DNA of 64,000 nucleotides, taken from a virus (taxonomy: Duplodnaviria > Caudoviricetes). The position numbers and the translations under genes were made by a program. The notes below the pieces were generated by a model that was not told the DNA's origin, ran no database searches, and worked only from the letters and a program-made list of their open reading frames with translations. How positions within the stretch are numbered: position 1 is the stretch's first letter; every line of letters begins with the position of its first letter. Where the stretch lies: IMG/VR virus record IMGVR_UViG_3300042997_000909, positions 1-64,000 of that record. One strand, 5' to 3'. Positions 22,901 to 31,340 of this stretch are shown here, piece after piece.

Positions 22901-23097
22901 ATCCAGGTAATGGATATATAACAGGAGCCACATTAACATCATCAGTTGTTCCTGGTGCTACATTTACTGTATTGGCATATCCAATAAAATATGCTAATAA
23001 TACATTTACAGGATCAACAACTACACCTGTTGCACCTAGTATACAGCAAAATATTACTGCTACAACAACAGACTCATTTGGAAACTTATTAACTTAG
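19906..23097 (+). CDS. Tail spike/fibre (receptor-binding) protein with a probable C-terminal beta-helix
   Basis: 1063 aa, G/T/S/N-rich. Duplicated GxGATL...LVKN...NGxY...(Y/W)xLxR module and periodic NC/SC...GxGI repeats in the C-terminal half. Confidence 0.75.
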   Translation: MSGNKIKRDLPNDEYQAAVGANSPSASNVFATIADLPIVTSEADAVVLDVKINQTGGINKGQAVYVNGASGTNILVGKADYSTEATSSKTLGLLVTSGANNAFSKVITQGSLKGTGSAPLNTSAATAGDPVWLGANGNLIYGLTNKPYAPNHLVFIGVVVEANTTVGEIYVKTQNGFELDEIHDVQLKGTGNLPLDGEVLTYEASTQLWKAKPVVSQNDSPLVFVIAATEGVLTGTPTYFNGVANDGIGATLTATSNGILSDGTAVGRIDTNYIPEVGDLILVKNQVNQFHNGVYEITDTGTIATPYILTRSVDVDAPEELYPLQVNAFQGLVNGSKYFTQTNTAWSNTTPPVVGFDNIIFTLTSLTTSPLQITFVDNATSVALPLCTYTSGPDASKPGVGATLKANGFGTLIVSGMTAGASTTSATQFTTLLVKNETETRYNGTYQVINPGTTTSAWVLRRIDDLAAGFNKSLRMVVCSHNVSQFGGSIFIPTWSSTRINKNIGILGLGPSIDNTITYAGYTPTSNKPFGLRDSSGAYRMFRSNELQLALDSAFATLPVPNTSDLVSAVVEVFANVTVNVTNPYTPINLRHRVNINGNGYSYVASSPSTTITTLFRDNGGVAPYNIPVISSINNWNISKLTPLATGYSIAWGSILDVTLGSDIDLAGSEFLGVALNSLKVNNAAAKVTNANIICSQSTGIELLNGFVSDCYVNMISTAGFMNGINVGTDINTLNTAILKDTKVRYSAQGAGIVNIAKIINCTSVATGAGTAIVNGLGTGALQGPHAIECVGYNNSTSGGGGIGFAASLGSVSQNCQGHSAAGFGITVNGQSNTRLISCIASTTSPATAAISANNGFLMNCIGYATGTGAGISCSNGNNGSGSIYNCTAISLGGSGLTLGFQGPFLVTNSTIISGGATSPGISILNGSTNTAYSILGNVITAGGTSQACIGALNIAIATNTTTAANGTYGGSLTGGSGSGATATFTVSGGIVTSVVLSNPGNGYITGATLTSSVVPGATFTVLAYPIKYANNTFTGSTTTPVAPSIQQNITATTTDSFGNLLT

Positions 23098-23109
23098 TAA
23101 TTAAAGATC

Positions 23110-24444
23110 ATGGCGTTAACAACACTTAATTTAGGATATAATCCAGTAGCATCTATAGCATATACACATGTTACAGATAGTTCAGCTGATTGGGGTCTTG
23201 TACCTAATAGCACTTATTTTTATGATAAGGCAGATAAATTACCTCATTTTAAAGATGCTTCTGGAACTATTCTTGAAGTATTTGGAGCAGCAACAACTCC
23301 TATAAATATCTATAATAGTGATGGTACTGTATCAGGACCTAGGGTAGTTGATCTAAATACCAATGGAATTATATTTCAAGATCCATCAGCTTTAGGGCAA
23401 TTTCAAATTAATCTAGATGATGGTACAACTAAAATAGGGTATTTTACTCTTAATGGTTTAGCAGGAAATATAGGCATAGGTGACAATACTGGAAATACTG
23501 GAGATCTTTATGTAGATAAAAATCAAGCATATTTACAAGTAATTGATGGAGTAGTAACTAGAAAGATTGAAGTTACTCCTACAGGAGTAGCTATTAATGG
23601 AATTTATACATTACCTAATATAGATGGTGGAGCATTTCAAACACTTACTACTGATGGTGCAGGAAATTTATATTGGTCAAATGCAGTTACTCCAAGTTCT
23701 GCTTTCATGCCTCCTGTTGAACAATCAGAAATTAGAAGAGGTACAATTGCAATTTCTGGTTCTACGAATACAGGTGCTTTTGGTGGTATTACACCAATAT
23801 TAACTGGCTCAGCAGTTGCTGTATCATTTGGTGGAATTGTTCCATTACCAAAATTAAGATTACTTACAACAGTAGGTGCTACAAACTCAACTGTTGGTAT
23901 AAATTATGGTGCATCTGGTATTGTAAATAGACTAGGCAAAGGATTTAGATTTATTGGAAGTTTTATTTATTCAGATCAATCTGCTGGAGGTACAAACTGG
24001 TTTGTGCCAAATGCAAGGCAGTTTATTGGTTTAGCAACTGGTTTAGTATTATTACCAATTTCAAGTACTAATACTGTTGATACAAGACAGAACATTATAG
24101 GTATGGGTTCTGATGCATCAGATACAAATCTGCAAATTTTTCATAATAATACTTCTGCTACAGCAACTAAGATTGATTTAGGTCCCAATTTTCCAGCAAA
24201 CAAAACTGGTGCAGTTGCAAATGGTGAAGCTTATCAATTGGAATTATACAATGTATTTGGTTCATCTGCTGTAAAATATAGAGTACGAAAACTTTCAGAT
24301 GGAACAGAAGTAACTGGTACTATATCTACTAATCTACCTTCTGGTGCTGTTGACTTAGCACCTCAAGTTGTAAGAACATCTGGTAGTACCTCTCAAAACG
24401 TATCTATTGATGTAATCCAATTAACTACTTATACAAGAGAATAA
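23110..24444 (+). CDS. Tail fibre/structural protein
   Basis: 444 aa, beta-rich. YTLPxxDG...QTLTTDGAGNLYW fibre motif; located in the tail operon. Confidence 0.7.
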   Translation: MALTTLNLGYNPVASIAYTHVTDSSADWGLVPNSTYFYDKADKLPHFKDASGTILEVFGAATTPINIYNSDGTVSGPRVVDLNTNGIIFQDPSALGQFQINLDDGTTKIGYFTLNGLAGNIGIGDNTGNTGDLYVDKNQAYLQVIDGVVTRKIEVTPTGVAINGIYTLPNIDGGAFQTLTTDGAGNLYWSNAVTPSSAFMPPVEQSEIRRGTIAISGSTNTGAFGGITPILTGSAVAVSFGGIVPLPKLRLLTTVGATNSTVGINYGASGIVNRLGKGFRFIGSFIYSDQSAGGTNWFVPNARQFIGLATGLVLLPISSTNTVDTRQNIIGMGSDASDTNLQIFHNNTSATATKIDLGPNFPANKTGAVANGEAYQLELYNVFGSSAVKYRVRKLSDGTEVTGTISTNLPSGAVDLAPQVVRTSGSTSQNVSIDVIQLTTYTRE

Positions 24445-24671
24445 TGAAAAAATTTACAATAAAACTAGCTGACAGTAGAAGGATTTATGATGGTAACTTC
24501 TATGTGGAATATGTACCAAATAATGAGTATGATGATGACGTAAAGAAATGTGATATTGTTCCTTATGAACAAATAGAAGATTTGGTATACTTAGAACAAG
24601 TAACTGTAGAGTTATATGACATACTTGAAGATAAATTTGGAACAGAGTTTACTGACAAATATGAATTGTAA
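24444..24671 (+). CDS. Small acidic protein, possible tail fibre assembly chaperone
   Basis: TAATG coupling to the fibre gene; 75 aa, acidic. Function inferred from position. Confidence 0.55.
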   Translation: MKKFTIKLADSRRIYDGNFYVEYVPNNEYDDDVKKCDIVPYEQIEDLVYLEQVTVELYDILEDKFGTEFTDKYEL

Positions 24672-24686
24672 AGAAGAGCTGGCAGA

Positions 24687-24959
24687 TTAATCCTCTGCCA
24701 GTTCATCATAAATTGCTTTCTCAGAAGGACTAAGACTTTCATAAGTATATACAGGTTCAGAGAGCATCTCTTCTTCTGTAAAATAATAAGCAGAGTCTTT
24801 GTATCCAAATACTGAGTCTTTTTTCTTTTTATAGAAACACCTGAAGTTTCTTGTCAAATATGAGATTGTGTATCCAGTCATTTGATTTATTCTTTCAATT
24901 GAGTATCCAGCTTTTATCAAGTTATGGATTTGGTTTATGTCATGCATATCTCCACTCAT
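24687..24959 (-). CDS. Hypothetical protein, possible HTH
   Basis: 90 aa; LIKAGYSIERINQMTGY resembles an HTH; ATGA overlap with the upstream gene. Confidence 0.55.
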   Translation of the reverse strand: MSGDMHDINQIHNLIKAGYSIERINQMTGYTISYLTRNFRCFYKKKKDSVFGYKDSAYYFTEEEMLSEPVYTYESLSPSEKAIYDELAED

Positions 24960-25561
24960 GGTCCAAAGTAATGAAAACCTTCATTTGTAATATCAGTGTC
25001 ATTTCCTTCTAAGATATTCCAGCACATTGTTGCAAGATTAGATGTAATCAACTTGTTTTTATCTTGCTTTTTTATGAAATACTTAGAGTTTGCCATGTAA
25101 GTGTAATCACCAGATTCCTTAAATGCATCAGCATATTGTTCTACTGCTTGAAATACAAGTTCCCATGTATACTCAGGATACTCACTAAAAAACCAAATAA
25201 ATGTGTCATACAGTTCTTTTGGTGGTGTGCGGTATGCGTATGCTGAATCAGGACGTTTACCTTTTGGAAAACACTCATTGTATTTGAGAATGTTTTCTTG
25301 CCATTCTTCAAAAGGTATTTTCTTTTTTGGTGGTGCTTTTTCTAATATCTTCTGACCATTTCTCAAAACTCCTTTACCAAGTGTTGTCAGTACATAAATA
25401 CCATCAACTTCTTTCATGTAATCAGATAAAGCAAGACGATACTGCTCACTGCGTACATTGATAAAGTTTGAATGTTCATAGCCATTGAACATAGAATGTA
25501 ACACGTAGAAGCCATTAGGGCTAAGCTTGTGCTTAACCAGATAGTCAAAGAATTCTTTCAT
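24956..25561 (-). CDS. Hypothetical protein
   Basis: 201-aa ORF in a tightly packed minus-strand operon. Confidence 0.7.
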   Translation of the reverse strand: MKEFFDYLVKHKLSPNGFYVLHSMFNGYEHSNFINVRSEQYRLALSDYMKEVDGIYVLTTLGKGVLRNGQKILEKAPPKKKIPFEEWQENILKYNECFPKGKRPDSAYAYRTPPKELYDTFIWFFSEYPEYTWELVFQAVEQYADAFKESGDYTYMANSKYFIKKQDKNKLITSNLATMCWNILEGNDTDITNEGFHYFGP

Positions 25562-25562
25562 G

Positions 25563-25814
25563 TTAATTTAATATAGGTTCGTATTTTGTTTCTTTTGCAG
25601 ATACAGCTTGCTCTTGTAATGGAACAAATCTGTCTGCTCTATAGCCAATCCAGGGTAAACCAAATTTAGTTCTACCCTTGTTTGCTACACCTTTAATGAT
25701 GTAGACTCTTTGCTCAAAGTTGTTAATGAACTCAGTTTCAACTGTATAAGTTCTACCTTCTTCAACTTCTCCTCCAGGAGGTAATTTGTCAGAATCAATG
25801 CACAAGACTTCCAT
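25563..25814 (-). CDS. Hypothetical protein
   Basis: 83-aa ORF with operon packing. Confidence 0.65.
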   Translation of the reverse strand: MEVLCIDSDKLPPGGEVEEGRTYTVETEFINNFEQRVYIIKGVANKGRTKFGLPWIGYRADRFVPLQEQAVSAKETKYEPILN

Positions 25815-26019
25815 GTGGCATGGGTTTATTATGTGGTTTTTTGTTTCTTTTACTAGATGGTGCAGCTTTTCTAAGCTTCCACTCTAAAACACTACTTACA
25901 ATAGTGCTAAATATTGTCATTGCTTCTTCATCAGATGTAGCCCAAATGTTCAACTTGGATCCAGATTCCATGTGAAAAAATCTGTAAATGTTCTTTTTGA
26001 TTTTTGTTTGTTCTTCCAT
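25795..26019 (-). CDS. Hypothetical protein
   Basis: 74-aa ORF with ATG just downstream of the hairpin. Confidence 0.6.
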   Translation of the reverse strand: MEEQTKIKKNIYRFFHMESGSKLNIWATSDEEAMTIFSTIVSSVLEWKLRKAAPSSKRNKKPHNKPMPHGSLVH

Positions 26020-26031
26020 AATGTAAAATAT

Positions 26032-26053
26032 AGGGCTGCTGTTACACAGCCCT
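26032..26053 (-). terminator. Hairpin after nrdJ (loop UGUAACAG), weak U tail
   Basis: AGGGCTG-TGTAACAG-CAGCCCT then ATATTTT on the minus strand. Confidence 0.55.
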
Positions 26054-26060
26054 TTTGTGA

Positions 26061-27968
26061 TTATCTAACAGGACAAGCTCCTCCCTCACAATCTGCAATA
26101 TCCATATCATCAAGATTGATAGTACTATCAAACGATGAAATAGGAATAACATTTGCAGAAAGTTCATGATACTTCTCTTCAGTGATTTCTTCCAATGGCG
26201 CCTGGTCAAAACCATGCTCATTATGAAGTAAAAATGATACTGACTTAACGTTAACGTAGTTATCAGAAAGCCATTGTTTAATTGCATCAAGCTCATGCTT
26301 GCGATAATAGATTGTAACAGATACAGCATTGTCTGACCATTCTGCTTGAAGTCTTTTAATAACAGCAAGTTGATCAACTGCACTCATATCATTTGCCAAT
26401 AACGTATGTTCAGGAAACTTACAAGGAAAAGATACAACTACTGTGCTATGATCTTCAGTGCCATCAAAATTGCGCTGGAATTCTATTGGAAAGTTATGTT
26501 TTCTACAAACATTAACAATAGGACTATCAGAAGCCATTCTGATTCTACGTATGTAATGCTGAGAATAACCAGGATGTGCACCTGAAGTAACACCTGCAAG
26601 TAGACTTAAAGTTCCTGATGGTTTTACAGTTGTCAATTTAATTGACTTGTTCAATCCAGTTTTCTCACTGTAAGTCTCATCATACTGTCTCAAGTGTAAA
26701 TAACATTCTGACAACCAAGTTCTTTGTTCTTCTGTTGCTTGTAGGTATCCTGTTACACCAATACCCATGCGCATGTTTTTATGTACAATGTCCTCAGTTT
26801 CTTTGATTTCACACTTGATTGCCAAAGAATGCTTGTTAATTCTGTAAAGAATAGTAGCAACTTTTAGCAATTCTTCTAGTGACTCAATGTTAGGAAGATA
26901 GATTTCTGCCAAACAACAAGTTTCATAGTTAGCCAAAGACTGTTCAGCACAAGGATTGAAACCCATTACCTCTGGATCTGGATAACTTGTATCACCTGTT
27001 CTACCCATTCTGCGAGATGCATCAAGATTGATCAGGCCATATGGCTCACCATTACCATTGTATCCTTCCCAAAATTCTTCTGGCAACTTGGATATGTCAT
27101 CACACACTACTGAGTTGTTACTCATAGCACGCCAGTTAGGAATGCCTCCTAAATCCCAGCGTTTTGCACGCAAGAAATCAAAATCGTCATAGTCACCTAA
27201 AGCAATTTGAGCTGAACGTCTAACATTACCTGCTACAACAATACGTCCAATGATGTTCATAATATCAAGACAGTCAATAGAACGTAATCTTTTACCAGCT
27301 CTTGAGTTAAGGATATTGTTAATTTCTCCAATACCCCACACTAAATCTTGTGGTCCAGATGCAACTCCACCAAATCCCTTGATTGGTGAACCTTTTGAAC
27401 GTATCAAGTGACATGCATATGTAAAACCTTTACCAGTTACAAATGATGCTTCAAGCACACGTCTCATAAGTTCAACCCAACCTTCTCTTGAATCAGGTAC
27501 AATAAAGTCAGCGTCATTAACATCAATGCGCTCTACTTTTACCTTCTTCAAAATCTTAGGTATTTGATATACATGTTCGCGCTGGATGTTAAATCCTACA
27601 CCTGAACCTAACATCAACATTTCAAATGCCCATGTAAAAGGTCTAATAGGTTCATCACAAACAACAAAAGCACAGTTTTGCAAAGATGGTAATCCTAATC
27701 TGTCAACGGTTTTAGTACCTAGTTGCCATAGGAATCGTCCTGCTACTGTGCCTTTTAACTTTGTCATAATCTCTCTGAGATCATTTTCTTCTTCTGGCGT
27801 AAAGCCAACTTCTAATTGTTCTCTGCAAGAATCCACAACTCTTTCGATTGTGTCTTGCCACTCTTCTGATTTGCCACTCTTTGTTGGTCTTGAGTATGTA
27901 CGTTTATACGTAACATAACCCACAGGACCCCAGGGAATAACCTCAGCAGCTGCTTTTGTTTCTGTCAT
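26061..27968 (-). CDS. nrdJ: Class II (adenosylcobalamin-dependent) monomeric ribonucleoside-triphosphate reductase
   Basis: YKRTYSR, LQNCAF, GSGVGF, GNVRRSAQI, NPCAEQ catalytic motif, TTVKPSGT, C-terminal CEGGACPVR. Start taken at MTETK (27968). Confidence 0.93.
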   Translation of the reverse strand: MTETKAAAEVIPWGPVGYVTYKRTYSRPTKSGKSEEWQDTIERVVDSCREQLEVGFTPEEENDLREIMTKLKGTVAGRFLWQLGTKTVDRLGLPSLQNCAFVVCDEPIRPFTWAFEMLMLGSGVGFNIQREHVYQIPKILKKVKVERIDVNDADFIVPDSREGWVELMRRVLEASFVTGKGFTYACHLIRSKGSPIKGFGGVASGPQDLVWGIGEINNILNSRAGKRLRSIDCLDIMNIIGRIVVAGNVRRSAQIALGDYDDFDFLRAKRWDLGGIPNWRAMSNNSVVCDDISKLPEEFWEGYNGNGEPYGLINLDASRRMGRTGDTSYPDPEVMGFNPCAEQSLANYETCCLAEIYLPNIESLEELLKVATILYRINKHSLAIKCEIKETEDIVHKNMRMGIGVTGYLQATEEQRTWLSECYLHLRQYDETYSEKTGLNKSIKLTTVKPSGTLSLLAGVTSGAHPGYSQHYIRRIRMASDSPIVNVCRKHNFPIEFQRNFDGTEDHSTVVVSFPCKFPEHTLLANDMSAVDQLAVIKRLQAEWSDNAVSVTIYYRKHELDAIKQWLSDNYVNVKSVSFLLHNEHGFDQAPLEEITEEKYHELSANVIPISSFDSTINLDDMDIADCEGGACPVR

Positions 27969-28109
27969 AACTATAATTATTAAGGTAAAAAAAAAATAAA
28001 AAAGGAAAGGCAACAAATATCGCGAATTTTGAGTTTTGCGCCAAAGAAATTATAAAAAAATATTTTAAAAAACATATACATATTTCCACGTAATTTCAGA
28101 TATTTGTAG

Positions 28110-28125
28110 TATCTTATACTTGAGG
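28110..28125 (+). promoter_or_regulatory. Candidate late promoter motif TATCTTATnnnTGAGG (copy 2)
   Basis: TATCTTATACTTGAGG about 25 nt upstream of the lysis operon start. Confidence 0.5.
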
Positions 28126-28150
28126 GAGGTGAGAGTACAAAAAAAGACAT

Positions 28151-28627
28151 ATGAAAAAACTTTTTGTACTACTTACATTATTGTCATTGTTAGCTATTGT
28201 ATCTAGTTGTCACAATGCTAAATACCATTTGGATAAGTTCTATTCCAAAGGTGGTAAAATCACTTGTGATACAATCTATGTAGAAAAAACAGATACCATA
28301 GTTGTCAAAGGCAAAGATGGTAAAGACTCATTAATCTATATTACTTCCCAAGTACCCTGCAATTGTCCAGAAGCCACTGTAGAAACAAGATGGCAAACCA
28401 GATGGCAAACTAGATTTGATAATAAGAGATTCAAAGACTCACTGAAAATCATGGCTAGAATGTATAATGACTCATTATCTGCAGCAGTTAAGATTAATAA
28501 GCAAAATACCAAAGCTGAAACTAAAAAAACAAAGTATACAGAAAGATCAGGGTTTCCCTGGTGGATGCTGTTCCTTTCTATAATCTTAGTTGCAATCTTA
28601 TTAATCATCAAACAGTTTAGAAAATGA
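28151..28627 (+). CDS. Probable unimolecular spanin (N-terminal lipoprotein signal plus C-terminal TM)
   Basis: MKKLFVLLTLLSLLAIVSS-C lipobox; C-terminal FPWWMLFLSIILVAILLII TM then KQFRK; first gene of the lysis operon. Confidence 0.7.
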   Translation: MKKLFVLLTLLSLLAIVSSCHNAKYHLDKFYSKGGKITCDTIYVEKTDTIVVKGKDGKDSLIYITSQVPCNCPEATVETRWQTRWQTRFDNKRFKDSLKIMARMYNDSLSAAVKINKQNTKAETKKTKYTERSGFPWWMLFLSIILVAILLIIKQFRK

Positions 28628-28881
28628 CAAGTTCAGATATCGTAATGTTTATCCTAGGCACAGCTGTGACTGTTATTGGATACTTTTTAAAAATTGTACA
28701 CAGTGATGTGCGCAAAAACACAGAAGAACAAGGTAAACTTAAAGGAAAAATTGAACTTGTAGAACAAGAATCAAGATTAAAGTACCAAGCTATTCAAGAG
28801 CAAACTCAGTTAGAAATTAAAAATCTAGCAAAGAATGTGGGAGATTTGGCAGATACAGTAAGGCAATTAATAAGTAAATAG
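28624..28881 (+). CDS. Single-TM coiled-coil membrane protein (holin/antiholin-like)
   Basis: N-terminal IVMFILGTAVTVIGYFL then a coiled coil; ATGA overlap with the spanin gene. Confidence 0.6.
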   Translation: MTSSDIVMFILGTAVTVIGYFLKIVHSDVRKNTEEQGKLKGKIELVEQESRLKYQAIQEQTQLEIKNLAKNVGDLADTVRQLISK

Positions 28882-29996
28882 TGAAAAATCTCCCAAAAGA
28901 AGAATTATTAAGTAGACTTGAAGCGATCAATAGAAGCAACGCTATTATCTACTTTGACCTTGGTGGTATTATCACAGGGGTTAATGACATTTTTCTAGAG
29001 GCAATGGGTTATGGCAAAGGTAATCATGAAGATATCATTGGCAAACACCATAGCATTTTTGTATGTGATGATTATTCTAGATCACTTGAGTATGAAAAGT
29101 TTTGGGACATCTTAAGAAGTGGTAAATACTACACTGGAGAGTTTGAAAGAAGAAAAAAAGATGGAACTCTTATTAATCTTCAAGCAACTTATAATCCTAT
29201 TTTAAATGAGGATGGTAAGATTACCAAGATAATGAAAATTGCTACTGACATAACTATAATTGTTAATAGCAAAAAACAAATAGATGCTATTGACAGAAGC
29301 ACTGCTCTGATTAGTTTTAACGTTGATGGATTTATAACAGATGTGAATTCTATATTCTTAGAAACCATGGGTTATAAAGGCAATGAAAAAGCTAAAGTCA
29401 TTGGTAAACATCACAGCGTTTTTGTAAGTTATGAGTATTCCAAATCTGATGAGTATGCTAAGTTCTGGGAAAACTTACGAAAAGGTAAGTTCTTTGATGG
29501 AATCTTTGAAAGAAAAAAGGTAGATGGTTCTACTGTTTACTTACAAGCATCTTACAATCCTGTATTTGACAGCAAAGGAAATATTACAGATGTAGTTAAA
29601 ATTGCAACTGATGTTACTGAAGCTGTTACTAATAAGGCAAAAATAGATGACCTTACAAAAAACTTGCAAATAGAACTTGCTAATTCTCAAAAGCTTAAAA
29701 ATGCAATAGAGATAGAAAAAGATGCAGCTTTAAATGACTTGGATGTAATGATGAAGAAAAGTCAAAGTGAGCTAATAAAAATAATTGTCAAAGTTGCGTT
29801 GTCTGTTATAGTAGGAGTGGGGGCTGTAACAACTGTGTTATACTGGATGGCCATTGTAACAAATCAAGACACGCAGATTATTGGTTCAACATGGAGTAAC
29901 ATGTTTAGTGTATTATTAACAAATGCCTTTTCTATAGTTGGTACAATAATGGGTATCAAGTATGCTACTCAGGAAGGCAGCAAAGAAAAAAAGTAA
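28881..29996 (+). CDS. Tandem PAS-PAC sensor protein with a coiled coil and two C-terminal TM helices; no kinase, MCP or cyclase output domain
   Basis: Two ~120-aa repeats (AI(N/D)RS.A.I.F...G.IT.VN.IFLE.MGY...IGKHHS.FV...KFW..LR.GK...G.FER.K.DG....LQA.YNP.......KIATD.T) typical of PAS-MCP sensors. GTG start overlaps the upstream TAG. Confidence 0.9.
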   Translation: MKNLPKEELLSRLEAINRSNAIIYFDLGGIITGVNDIFLEAMGYGKGNHEDIIGKHHSIFVCDDYSRSLEYEKFWDILRSGKYYTGEFERRKKDGTLINLQATYNPILNEDGKITKIMKIATDITIIVNSKKQIDAIDRSTALISFNVDGFITDVNSIFLETMGYKGNEKAKVIGKHHSVFVSYEYSKSDEYAKFWENLRKGKFFDGIFERKKVDGSTVYLQASYNPVFDSKGNITDVVKIATDVTEAVTNKAKIDDLTKNLQIELANSQKLKNAIEIEKDAALNDLDVMMKKSQSELIKIIVKVALSVIVGVGAVTTVLYWMAIVTNQDTQIIGSTWSNMFSVLLTNAFSIVGTIMGIKYATQEGSKEKK

Positions 29997-30000
29997 GATT

Positions 30001-30276
30001 ATGAAAAAGTTTTTTAGAGAGCTTATATCTGATAACAATCACATCAATGAGCAAACCTTTGTAGGTGTAGTAGCATTTTTTGCTATGGTATTTATTTTAA
30101 CAGTTGATGTAGTTACAGGCATCTGGGGAAATGAACTTGTCATAAAAGAATTCATCTTTGATGGCTTTATGATTATCACTCTTGGTGCATTTGGAATTAC
30201 AACAGTAGGTAGAGTCATGTCACTTAAAAAAAAGAATAAAGATGAAAGTAACAAAAACAGCGAAACCAGGGATTGA
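30001..30276 (+). CDS. Two-TM holin-like protein
   Basis: ATG at 30001. TMs FVGVVAFFAMVFILTV and FIFDGFMIITLGAFGITTV, charged C-tail; overlaps the endolysin start. Confidence 0.65.
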   Translation: MKKFFRELISDNNHINEQTFVGVVAFFAMVFILTVDVVTGIWGNELVIKEFIFDGFMIITLGAFGITTVGRVMSLKKKNKDESNKNSETRD

Positions 30277-30700
30277 TTTAATCAAAGCATTTGAAGGGTT
30301 CAGAGCAGCTCCTTACAAATGTTCCGCAGGTGTTCCTACAATTGGATATGGAGCTACATTTTATCCTGGTGGTAAAAAGGTAACAATGACGGATGCAGCT
30401 ATAACAGAAGAGCAGGCTGTTGAATTATTGGCAAATATGCTTGTGAGCTTTGAGAAATATGTAGACAGCTACTGTGTAGATACTATTACACAGAATCAGT
30501 TTGATGCATTAGTTTCATTTGCTTACAACTTAGGACCAGCAAATTTAAAATCTTCTACGTTACTTAAAAAAGTAAACGCTAACCCTAATGATGAATCTAT
30601 CAGATTAGAATTCATGAAGTGGGTAAAAGCAGGTGGTAAAACACTAGCTGGTTTAGTTAGACGTAGAGAGGCTGAAGCAAACTTGTACTTTAAAAAATAA
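30242..30700 (+). CDS. Endolysin, GH24 phage lysozyme
   Basis: LIKAFEGFRAAPYKCSAGVPTIGYG (E-x8-C-x5-T), QNQFDALVSFAYNLG, GLVRRREAEANLY. Confidence 0.93.
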   Translation: MKVTKTAKPGIDLIKAFEGFRAAPYKCSAGVPTIGYGATFYPGGKKVTMTDAAITEEQAVELLANMLVSFEKYVDSYCVDTITQNQFDALVSFAYNLGPANLKSSTLLKKVNANPNDESIRLEFMKWVKAGGKTLAGLVRRREAEANLYFKK

Positions 30701-30704
30701 ACAT

Positions 30705-31166
30705 ATGCAACTAAGTAAAAATCTAGCATTAGCAGAAGTAACAAGAAGTGAAACTGCAAAGAGAAAAGGCATTAGTAATATGCCAACTCCTGAACACATT
30801 GAGAACTTTAAAAAGTTAGCTGAGAATGTGTTCCAACCTATACGTGATCACTTTGGTGTTCCTATACACATCTCATCTGGGTACAGAAGCAAAGCTTTGA
30901 ATACTGCTATTGGAGGGAGTTTGACCTCTCAACATTGCCAGGGTGAAGCAATTGATATTGACATGGATGGTACAGCAGTGACCAATGCTCAAATCTTTAA
31001 CTTTATCAAAGACAACTTGAACTTTGACCAAATGATTTGGGAATTTGGTACTGACAAAAATCCTGACTGGGTACACGTATCTTATGAGTCAACTGGAAAA
31101 CAACGCAAGCAAATCTTGAAAGCTGTAAAGCAAGGAGGAGCTACTAAGTATCTTCCATACAAATAA
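30705..31166 (+). CDS. Peptidase M15-family (Zn D-Ala-D-Ala carboxypeptidase-like) cell wall enzyme
   Basis: ISSGYRS, SQHCQGEAIDID, WVHVSY motifs. Confidence 0.88.
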   Translation: MQLSKNLALAEVTRSETAKRKGISNMPTPEHIENFKKLAENVFQPIRDHFGVPIHISSGYRSKALNTAIGGSLTSQHCQGEAIDIDMDGTAVTNAQIFNFIKDNLNFDQMIWEFGTDKNPDWVHVSYESTGKQRKQILKAVKQGGATKYLPYK

Positions 31167-31169
31167 AAG

Positions 31170-31289
31170 ATGAGCAAACGTAAATACAATATTAAAGTTT
31201 CAAGACCTGGTGTTCACGCTAAAACGAAAACATCCAAGTCTAAAAACTCAAAAAACTATCGCAAGAGCTATAAAGGGCAAGGGCGATAA
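31170..31289 (+). CDS. 39-aa highly basic peptide ending YKGQGR (below the ORF-track cutoff)
   Basis: ATG 3 nt after the M15 stop; MSKRKYNIKVSRPGVHAKTKTSKSKNSKNYRKSYKGQGR; lies before the operon terminator. Confidence 0.7.
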   Translation: MSKRKYNIKVSRPGVHAKTKTSKSKNSKNYRKSYKGQGR

Positions 31290-31340
31290 AAGGTGCAACT
31301 ATGCTTAATGTTTAGTTGGTTTTTCTTCTTCTGTAGAAAG

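Noticed and set aside
27969-28150. Cobalamin riboswitch or phase-variable poly(A) upstream of nrdJ
   Set aside because: The gap is short, very AT-rich and shows no B12 box. The A run is unremarkable in this genome.
28881-29996. PAS gene as a truncated chemoreceptor pseudogene
   Set aside because: The ORF is intact, coupled to its neighbours and ends in an ordered coiled coil plus two TM helices; no MCP remnant follows.
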